Part shown: piece by piece, positions 27,794 through 34,320 of the stretch
Layout of the letters: each line of letters opens with the position of its first letter
How positions within the stretch are numbered: position 1 is the first letter of the stretch
Notes under the pieces: generated by a model
What the model saw: the letters and a program-made list of their open reading frames with translations, nothing else
Told to the model about the DNA's origin: nothing
The model's database searches: none
Made by a program: the position numbers and the translations under genes
Source of the DNA: Terriglobales bacterium
Lineage (GTDB): Bacteria > Acidobacteriota > Terriglobia > Terriglobales > Acidobacteriaceae
Length of the DNA: 64,000 nucleotides
Direction of reading: 5' to 3'
Assembly (NCBI GenBank): GCA_035629075.1
Contig: DASPIK010000086.1
Coordinates: forward strand, 17,027-81,026

Positions 27794-28153
27794 TTAAACC
27801 TGGAACGACGAACCGCATCCGCAGGTGCTGCGAACGTTCGGGTTCTCGAATTTGAACCCGGCGCCTTCCAGCGTCTCGACGTAGTCGACGGTCGCGCCAG
27901 ACAGGTACATCAGGGACGTGGCGTCGACGAACACCTTCAGGCCGTCGAAATCGAAAGTCTTGTCCATCATCCCAGCACCGCTCTCAAACTGCATGGAGTA
28001 CTGGAAACCGGAGCAGCCGCCGCCAACAACGCCCACGCGCAGTCCGGCAGGCACGGGATTCTGCTGCGCCATGATCTCTTTCACCTTTGAAATCGCGTTC
28101 GGGGTGAAGGTCACTGGCGCCGTCTTGGTAGTCACATCAGGGGTCGTTGCCAT
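27794..28153 (-). CDS. erpA: Iron-sulfur cluster insertion protein (HesB/IscA/ErpA family)
   Basis: 119 aa with GGGCSGFQY and the C-terminal CGCGSSF cysteine triad. Confidence 0.9.
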   Translation of the reverse strand: MATTPDVTTKTAPVTFTPNAISKVKEIMAQQNPVPAGLRVGVVGGGCSGFQYSMQFESGAGMMDKTFDFDGLKVFVDATSLMYLSGATVDYVETLEGAGFKFENPNVRSTCGCGSSFQV

Positions 28154-28302
28154 CGGTTCTCCTAAGCTTGTTCGGTGGATTATAGCAAACTTCCCGAAGT
28201 CACACGGATGCTCGGAAAGCCCTCCTACACTTGGATGAGGTTAACGCGCCTGTGGTCGCAAACACCTGGACTGCTCTGTGCGGGTCCTTCTCTGCCCTGC
28301 GG

Positions 28303-28310
28303 GACTGTTC
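28303..28310. repeat. Target-site duplication, left copy (gactgttc)
   Basis: The 8-bp direct repeat immediately outside IRL is identical to 31153-31160 immediately outside IRR. The boundary is ambiguous by 1-2 nt. Confidence 0.75.
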
Positions 28311-28338
28311 GGTAGTGGTGCAGTTTGAATTTCCACAG
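28311..28338. repeat. Left terminal inverted repeat (IRL) of the IS1-like element
   Basis: ggtagtggtgcagtttgaatttccacag is the exact reverse complement of 31125-31152 (28/28). Confidence 0.85.
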
Positions 28339-28375
28339 GGGTTGACCCAGAGTACGAACTCCGTACACTGAGAGC

Positions 28376-28498
28376 ATGACAGCGAAGAAAAAGACGCCTC
28401 CCAAGAAGCAGCCGAAACCAGCAGCCAAAAAGAAAAGCCGCGAGGATGTGAACCAGGCGGCTTTCAGGATTGTGAGGGAAGCAACTGATAAGGACTAG
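28376..28498 (+). CDS. Small Lys-rich protein (40 aa), hypothetical
   Basis: Below the ORF-track size cutoff. Sequence: MTAKKKTPPKKQPKPAAKKKSREDVNQAAFRIVREATDKD. It is preceded by TTGACC-16 nt-TACACT (28342-28369), only 6 nt before the ATG, so the mRNA would be leaderless-like. Confidence 0.35.
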   Translation: MTAKKKTPPKKQPKPAAKKKSREDVNQAAFRIVREATDKD

Positions 28499-29529
28499 GC
28501 GTTCGCCTGTTCTCCCTCGAAATTTAAGAACATTGATGCATTTCTCTTGGGAAACACTCGATTTACGAGGTCGTAAAATTTGTCCCATTCGGCTATCCCA
28601 AATGCTCTAGCCATGCCGATCAGTTCATATAGATGGCGCGTGAGTTGCGGATGTCCGACGTCTGCCGTCAGATGCTGGTAGTGCTGATGTTCGCGGTACC
28701 CATTTTCATTTACCGGATTCCGCTTCTTCAATTCCTCCAACACCCCCGGGGCTAGTCGTGCATATACCAAATCATTCACAATAGCCCCCATGATTGGGGA
28801 CATGCGTCCGTCATTCCAATTCCATCCCTTGAGCCTGAATACCTGTTTGTAAAACTCCATCGGGAAAGTCTTCGCGTATTCCAGCAGTTCATCGGAGATG
28901 TAGCGCTTCAGGATTTCCTGAAGCATCTCACGCTCGCGATACTCCTGGTACCCGGTAATTTCGTGGACGAGTGCGACGATGCCGACTTTTGCGAATGCAC
29001 GCACTAGGATTTCGCACTGCTTCGCTATATCGAGTTGTTGGTAATTTAGTGCGCCCTTCTCGCGTGCAGCCAGCACCGCATCGCAAAGTTCGGGAAGGAT
29101 GGTCGCCTCATATCCATAGGCGAGCTGGCCCTGAGCCTTAAAACAAATTGGGCTGGTGATCATCTCTCGTAAAGTGTCTGATATGAATGGGTTGAGAGAC
29201 TTCGTGCCAGTAAAATTCGTGAGCCGATCTCCCCCCGATTTGGTGGCGGTTCCGGCGCTCATCTTTAACGCCGAAAGCATACCGCCCTGTGTTAGCACCG
29301 TGCGGCCATCATCCAAAACGTAGCAGGGAATCTCGGCATCAACAATCCGCAGCGGTCTATCAGGGGAGCCATATTCGGCCCTAGGGACGTGCCCCTTGCC
29401 CTTACGCTCTTTCCCCCAACGGGCCTCAGCAGCAGCACTGGCGATTGCCCTGCGTTCTTCGGCGGATAGTTTTTCGGCGCGCGCCTTTCCGCCCCTGGAC
29501 TGAATGACCTCGTCTTTATCGTCGGCCAT
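28495..29529 (-). CDS. Phage-type P63C-domain-like protein (passenger gene)
   Basis: The ATG at 29529 is preceded by ggaggtgatgctc (strong SD). The ORF-track start at 29613 lies inside the transposase promoter. GGKARAEKLSAEERRAIASAAAEARW and IPCYVLDDGRTVLTQGGM resemble prophage P63C-domain proteins; this is from memory and needs an HMM check. Confidence 0.55.
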   Translation of the reverse strand: MADDKDEVIQSRGGKARAEKLSAEERRAIASAAAEARWGKERKGKGHVPRAEYGSPDRPLRIVDAEIPCYVLDDGRTVLTQGGMLSALKMSAGTATKSGGDRLTNFTGTKSLNPFISDTLREMITSPICFKAQGQLAYGYEATILPELCDAVLAAREKGALNYQQLDIAKQCEILVRAFAKVGIVALVHEITGYQEYREREMLQEILKRYISDELLEYAKTFPMEFYKQVFRLKGWNWNDGRMSPIMGAIVNDLVYARLAPGVLEELKKRNPVNENGYREHQHYQHLTADVGHPQLTRHLYELIGMARAFGIAEWDKFYDLVNRVFPKRNASMFLNFEGEQANA

Positions 29530-29606
29530 GAGCATCACCTCCATGCTTACACTAGCAAACCAGAAAGCACCTTGCAAGCATTTTCCTGCACGCATGTCGA
29601 ATTTCC

Positions 29607-29635
29607 TTGACATGCTTGCTGAGCAAGCATAATGT
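29607..29635 (+). promoter_or_regulatory. Sigma70-like promoter of the transposase gene with a palindromic spacer (putative operator)
   Basis: TTGACA (29607-29612), a 17-nt spacer TGCTTGCtgaGCAAGCA and TAATGT (29630-29635). The ATG at 29645 is only 9 nt downstream, so the leader is very short or absent. Confidence 0.45.
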
Positions 29636-29644
29636 ACTCACATT

Positions 29645-30526
29645 ATGAATCGCCTGAGCACGGAAAAGCGGGTTCAAGTGGTAGCGGCGCTAGTCGAAGG
29701 AAGCAGCATCAATGCTACGGTTCGCATGACCGGAGTTGCGAAGCACACAATCCTGAACCTGCTTCGTGATCTCGGGATGGCGTGCGCTGAATACCATTTC
29801 AAGAACGTGCGCAATCTGCGCGTTCGCCGCTTGCAGTGCGATGAAATTTGGGCGTTCGTGGGAGCCAAGAAAAAGAACGCCACACCCGAACAGAAGCATG
29901 ACGGATGGGGCGATGCGTGGACCTGGACCGGAATCGATGCCGACACGAAGCTTTGTGTTTCGTACCTTGTAGGCCTTCGTGATAAGGGCTGCGCATTCGA
30001 GTTCATGCTGGATTGCGCGGACCGCATCATTGGACGGCCCCAGATCACCACGGATGCCCTGAAAGCCTATCCAGACGCCATTGAAGCGGCTTTTGGCGCG
30101 GATGTGGACTACGCGCAACTGCACAAGATTTACGGGGCATCAGCCGAACCAGAAACGCGCTATAGCCCAGCTACCTGCATTGGAGCAGACATGAAAGTTA
30201 TCAGCGGGAATCCAGACCCGAAGCACGTCAACACCTCTTATGTTGAACGCCAGAACCTTACGATGCGGATGTCGATGCGCCGATTCACTCGCCTAACCAA
30301 TGGCTTCAGCAAGAAGCTTGAGAATCACTCTCATGCGATTTCGCTGCACTTCATGCACTACAACTTCTGCCGGATTCACAAAACCCTGAAAGTCACGCCA
30401 GCAATGGAAGCTGGTCTTACCGATCACGTCTGGACGATTGAGGAATTGTGCAGCTTGATGCCAGAGCCGAACGTAGCGAAGTCAACCATTGAACACGATT
30501 TGATTTGCAAGGCTCTTGGGGAATAA
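29645..30526 (+). CDS. IS1-family-like DDE transposase
   Basis: 293 aa. N-terminal HTH (RVQVVAALVEGSSINATVRMTGVAKHTILNLL), then LQCDEIWAFVG, TWTGIDADTKL and YVERQNLTMRMSMRRFTRLTNGFSKKLENH...HYNFCRIHKTLKVTPAMEAGLTDHVWTIEEL, as in IS1/ISMhu11-type transposases (family call from memory). Confidence 0.75.
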   Translation: MNRLSTEKRVQVVAALVEGSSINATVRMTGVAKHTILNLLRDLGMACAEYHFKNVRNLRVRRLQCDEIWAFVGAKKKNATPEQKHDGWGDAWTWTGIDADTKLCVSYLVGLRDKGCAFEFMLDCADRIIGRPQITTDALKAYPDAIEAAFGADVDYAQLHKIYGASAEPETRYSPATCIGADMKVISGNPDPKHVNTSYVERQNLTMRMSMRRFTRLTNGFSKKLENHSHAISLHFMHYNFCRIHKTLKVTPAMEAGLTDHVWTIEELCSLMPEPNVAKSTIEHDLICKALGE

Positions 30527-30530
30527 AGCA

Positions 30531-30562
30531 AAGGCCGCAGAGTTAGCAGGCTCTGCGGCCTT
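30531..30562 (+). terminator. 12-bp perfect hairpin directly after the transposase stop codon
   Basis: aaggccgcagag (30531-30542), loop ttagcagg, ctctgcggcctt (30551-30562). No strong U-tract. Confidence 0.5.
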
Positions 30563-30841
30563 CAATGATTCGATCAACCCACAGCGACACCCAACGATGC
30601 CCTTGCGGAATCGACCATGCCAATACCGAAACCAATTAAATGCCAGACACTCCACTTCGTCAAGAGAAGAGAAAGCGAAAGCGTTACTTTCGAATGTCTG
30701 TGGTACCCACCAAAGAAGCTATTGGGTATTATTGTTGGGCTCCTCGAAGCTTAGCAGATTCGGGGAGTAATCCGGCCCTTCGGCGAACACCGATGGGCGA
30801 CTGTAGGACGTAGCCTTGGGGCCAGCCCGAGGTTATCGTTC

Positions 30842-30967
30842 ATGTCGATACCACAACCAGGGCGCAAGCCACGTTGCTATATCCTTCGTGCATCGACCAC
30901 CGTTAATGGTGTGAAGATCTACGCCAGGGACTATGGCAAGCGGGCTTTCCGCATCCCGATCTACTAG
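30842..30967 (+). CDS. Possible 41-aa ORF in the IS non-coding tail
   Basis: GAGGT lies 8 nt upstream of the ATG. Sequence: MSIPQPGRKPRCYILRASTTVNGVKIYARDYGKRAFRIPIY. I recognise no family, and the region could equally be non-coding. Confidence 0.2.
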   Translation: MSIPQPGRKPRCYILRASTTVNGVKIYARDYGKRAFRIPIY

Positions 30968-31075
30968 AGCGTGATGCCGCCCACCCCGCGTAAGCGGGGA
31001 CGCGCAGGTTCCGGCGGCGCGGTAAATAAGACGGCCCTCATTTCAGTCGCTTGATGCTAAGTCCCGGGAAGCTCT

Positions 31076-31120
31076 AAGGCTGCCAGTCGCAAGGTTGGCA
31101 GCCTTATCTGTTTGTCTTGT
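31076..31120 (+). terminator. Rho-independent terminator just inside IRR
   Basis: 10-bp stem aaggctgcca / tggcagcctt (31076-31085 / 31096-31105), followed by atctgtttgtcttgt. Confidence 0.6.
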
Positions 31121-31124
31121 GCTG

Positions 31125-31152
31125 CTGTGGAAATTCAAACTGCACCACTACC
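31125..31152. repeat. Right terminal inverted repeat (IRR) of the IS1-like element
   Basis: ctgtggaaattcaaactgcaccactacc is the reverse complement of IRL. Confidence 0.85.
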
Positions 31153-31160
31153 GACTGTTC
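31153..31160. repeat. Target-site duplication, right copy (gactgttc)
   Basis: Identical to 28303-28310. Confidence 0.75.
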
Positions 31161-31332
31161 TCGAAACTTGCTTTTGAAACCTCGAGCAGGGATATAATGT
31201 CGCGCAAGGCCCCCTACACGCGGCCCGACCTCTGGGGTACCGGGGGATCCTTCTTCCCGGCCACCACGGGGCATGTGGGGACGAAATCGGCCGCGCGTAC
31301 AGGGACCGGCTCGAAACTGACCGAGGTGTCGT

Positions 31333-31602
31333 ATGCCGCTGATGTCGATGCTGCTGGTTATTTGGGCCGTCCTGACGACCATCCTGGTGATCCTCCTCAT
31401 TTACCGCAGCACCCTCAGTATGCACGAGGACGATCAGCTCTTCCTGGACCAGTCAGAGTCCCATATGGAGAAAGAGCAAACCGCGCTCATCGCCCGGATC
31501 AATCGACTGCAGACTCCGGTTCGCCTGCTAGGAGCCGCTTCAGGCCTCCTGATCCTTATCGTCTTTGGCATGTGGATCTGGCAGGGCCTCAATCAGATGT
31601 AG
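31333..31602 (+). CDS. Small membrane protein (two TM helices flanking an acidic coiled segment), hypothetical
   Basis: 89 aa. SD gaggtg lies 4 nt upstream, and third codon positions are strongly G/C-biased, unlike the overlapping 191-aa ORF. TM segments are LLVIWAVLTTILVILLIY and LLGAASGLLILIVFGMWIW. Confidence 0.6.
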   Translation: MPLMSMLLVIWAVLTTILVILLIYRSTLSMHEDDQLFLDQSESHMEKEQTALIARINRLQTPVRLLGAASGLLILIVFGMWIWQGLNQM

Positions 31603-31772
31603 CCGCTAGCTATCCGGGCAAGCCCGCCCGACTTCGCAGCGGGCTCACGCTATCCAACTTCGAAGCGTGAGTCCCGTTGTGTGCCCGCCATCCGATCCCT
31701 CCTAGAAATTAAGCACGAAAACTCTGGCCAGCAGCACAAAGTCGTTCTAATAATGACCAGAGACTCACAGGA

Positions 31773-32309
31773 ATGACCCACGAACAGCTCGTCACCAGAG
31801 CCATCGAGTGGCTACGACGCTACCGCTGCGGCATCGTCCTCTCCGAACAGACCTGCTCGACGGGAGAGGTGCCCGACGCAATCGGCTGGAAGGGCAAGGG
31901 CCATTCTGTCCTCATCGAATGCAAGGCGTCGCGTGCCGACTTCCTGGCCGACCGCCAAAAACCGTGGCGAATTCAACCCGAGCTCGGAGTTGGTGCCGAA
32001 CGGTACTTCTTAGCGCCTCGGGGAATAATCGCCGCTGCCGCCCTCCCACCCTCTTGGGGCCTGCTCGAAGTGCATCAGCGGCAGGTGCATGTCGTTGTAA
32101 AGGCCAAGAGGAACCAGAGATCTCAGGAAGGGTTCCTGGCCGAAATGAACCTGCTGTTGGCCAGCTTGCGCCGCGTGGAGGTCAGGATCGAGCCTCAGAC
32201 GATTACCGATTTCCTGAAATGGAAGAACCGTCTGGCTACGTATAACGGCGGCCAATACCCATCCGAACTCGTCAGCCCCGCCGAAGAAAGCAACGTCCAT
32301 CTCGAGTAG
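31773..32309 (+). CDS. PD-(D/E)xK nuclease-fold protein, MmcB-family-like
   Basis: 178 aa. VPDAIGW...SVLIECKASRADFLADRQKPW...GAERYFLAP matches the D...ExK core and the K-x-S-R-x-DF-x-x-D pattern I associate with MmcB-type DNA repair nucleases (from memory). Confidence 0.5.
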   Translation: MTHEQLVTRAIEWLRRYRCGIVLSEQTCSTGEVPDAIGWKGKGHSVLIECKASRADFLADRQKPWRIQPELGVGAERYFLAPRGIIAAAALPPSWGLLEVHQRQVHVVVKAKRNQRSQEGFLAEMNLLLASLRRVEVRIEPQTITDFLKWKNRLATYNGGQYPSELVSPAEESNVHLE

Positions 32310-32373
32310 TGTTCGGCGCCCGACTCTCAGCGTGCACGCAGAACCCGGCCCTGCCCAAAACGTACTGGCACCC

Positions 32374-34308
32374 TCACTCGGTCTTCAAGAAAATCGCTGC
32401 AAGTGGCGGCAACGATAGCGTCAGTGACTGAGGCCTGCCATGATACGGCACCGGCGAAGCTTCCACTGCTCCCATGTTGCCGTGCCCGCTTCCGCCGTAG
32501 AGCGCGGCGTCGCTGTTCATGATCTCCTGCCATTTGCCGCCGCGAGGTACACCTACTCGGTAGTTGTGCCGAGGAACCGGTGTGAAATTGCACACGACCA
32601 ATACGCTGTCGCCTGGCTTTGAACCGTGTCGCATGTAACTCAACACACTGTTCTCCATGTCATCCGCATCGACCCACTCGAAGCCGCTCGCGTCGAAATC
32701 CCGTTCATGCATCGCCGCCAAGTCGCGGTACATCCGGTTCATGTCCTCCACGAACCTCTGTAGTCCCCGGTTTGCCTCCAGCTCAGACTCGTGCCAATCC
32801 AGCGATCTCTCGTGATACCACTCCGAGAATTGTCCGAATTCGCTGCCCATGAACAGAAGCTTCTTGCCGGGCTGAGAGTACATGTACGCATAAAGCAGCC
32901 GAAGATTGGCGAACTTTTGCCAGTGGTCGCCAGGCATCTTGCCCAACAGCGAACCCTTGCCGTACACGACTTCATCGTGGGAAAGCGAAAGCACAAAATT
33001 TTCGTTGAAGGCATAGAGTGCGCGGAACGTCAGCTTGTTGTGATGGAATTTGCGGTACATCGGATCGTTGGCCATGTACGCAAGGGTGTCGTGCATCCAC
33101 CCCATATCCCACTTCATACCGAACCCCAAGCCACCCACATAAGTCGGGCGCGACACCATCGGCCAAGCGCTCGATTCTTCTGCTATCGTCTGGACTCCCG
33201 GGTAGCTCGAGTAGATGTCGTCGTTGAAGCGTCGAAGAAAGTCGATTGCTTCGAGGTTCTCGCGCCCACCGTACTGGTTCGGCACCCATTCACCAGGCTT
33301 TCGCGAGTAGTCAAGGTACAGCATGGACGCGACCGCATCTAGGCGTAGGCCGTCCGCGTGATACGCATCCAGCCAGAACATCGCGCTGCTCATGAGGAAG
33401 CTACGTACCTCTCCCCGTCCGTAGTTGAAGATGTAACTGCCCCAGTCCGGGTGAAACCCCTTTCGCGGATCTGCGTGCTCGAATAGGTGCGTTCCGTCAA
33501 AAAACGCAAGACCATGCTCATCGGCCGGAAAATGCGACGGAACCCAATCAAGAATGACGCCTATTCCAAGCTGGTGGAGATAGTCGATCAGAAACATCAA
33601 GTCCTGCGGAGTACCGTATCGGCTCGTGGGCGCAAAGTAGCTTGTCGTTTGGTATCCCCAGGATCCGTAGAACGGATGCTCCATGACAGGCATGAACTCA
33701 ACATGAGTAAAGTTCATGCGCTTCAGATAGTCACCTAGCAGAGGGGCAATTTCTCGATAGTTAAGAAACCGATCACCACTTTCCACGCGCCGCCAGGAAC
33801 CAAGGTGCACCTCGTAGATGTTCAGCGGTCTTGCCAGCGCGTTCTGCTGGGCTCTGGTCGCCATCCACTCCGAGTCGTTCCATTCGTACGCAAGGTCCCA
33901 CACGACGGATGCGGTTCCGGGCGGTGTCTCAGCGAAAACCGCGAAAGGGTCGGCCTTGTCCACCCGATAGCCGACGTATCGGGAGACGATGTGAAATTTG
34001 TACCTTGACCCTTTCGCCGCAGCCGGTACGAAACCCTCCCAGACGCTAGCGCTGCCGCGCGATAACTGGTGCTCGTCGGGGCTCCAGCCGTTGAAATCTC
34101 CCATTACACTAACGCGGTCAGCATTGGGTGCCCATACTGCGAAGTGCGCACCCTGCACTCCGTCGCGCGTAACGATTCGTGATCCCAGTCGCTCATGAAG
34201 GCGCCTATGTGTTCCTTCGGCGAAGAGTTGATTATCGGTTTCGCTAAACAGAACTACGTCCCGCATCCCTGCGCGACCATGCAGAATGTCAAGTTCACCC
34301 GCCATCAC
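32374..34308 (-). CDS. glgB: 1,4-alpha-glucan branching enzyme
   Basis: 644 aa GH13 protein with [38 protein letters not shown] and LSHDEVV conserved blocks. Confidence 0.9.
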   Translation of the reverse strand: MMAGELDILHGRAGMRDVVLFSETDNQLFAEGTHRRLHERLGSRIVTRDGVQGAHFAVWAPNADRVSVMGDFNGWSPDEHQLSRGSASVWEGFVPAAAKGSRYKFHIVSRYVGYRVDKADPFAVFAETPPGTASVVWDLAYEWNDSEWMATRAQQNALARPLNIYEVHLGSWRRVESGDRFLNYREIAPLLGDYLKRMNFTHVEFMPVMEHPFYGSWGYQTTSYFAPTSRYGTPQDLMFLIDYLHQLGIGVILDWVPSHFPADEHGLAFFDGTHLFEHADPRKGFHPDWGSYIFNYGRGEVRSFLMSSAMFWLDAYHADGLRLDAVASMLYLDYSRKPGEWVPNQYGGRENLEAIDFLRRFNDDIYSSYPGVQTIAEESSAWPMVSRPTYVGGLGFGMKWDMGWMHDTLAYMANDPMYRKFHHNKLTFRALYAFNENFVLSLSHDEVVYGKGSLLGKMPGDHWQKFANLRLLYAYMYSQPGKKLLFMGSEFGQFSEWYHERSLDWHESELEANRGLQRFVEDMNRMYRDLAAMHERDFDASGFEWVDADDMENSVLSYMRHGSKPGDSVLVVCNFTPVPRHNYRVGVPRGGKWQEIMNSDAALYGGSGHGNMGAVEASPVPYHGRPQSLTLSLPPLAAIFLKTE

Positions 34309-34320
34309 ACTTCCCTTCGT

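Larger units (their letters stand above)
28311..31152 (+). mobile_element. IS1-family-like insertion sequence carrying passenger genes (transporter IS), 2842 bp
   Basis: Perfect 28-bp terminal IRs starting GGTAGTG (IS1-like ends), an 8-bp TSD and an intact 293-aa DDE transposase. The interior is visibly more AT-rich than the flanks. Confidence 0.8.

Noticed and set aside
28225-28588. Minus-strand ORFs 28225-28428 and 28241-28588
   Set aside because: Both span the IRL boundary or the convergent gene ends and have no start context, so they are artefacts of the IS end sequence.
29530-29613. Upstream 28 codons of the P63C-like ORF (track start at 29613)
   Set aside because: That ATG lies within the -35/spacer of the divergent transposase promoter. 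A near-perfect SD (ggaggtga) precedes the ATG at 29529, which I prefer.
31095-31670. 191-aa plus-strand ORF beginning MAALSVCLVLLWKFKLHHYR
   Set aside because: It starts inside the IS terminator and IRR and reads across the IS/chromosome junction. The WKFKLHHYR peptide is simply the translated inverted repeat. The same peptide appears in the minus-strand ORF 28225-28428 across IRL. The 89-aa ORF in another frame has the better SD and codon bias.
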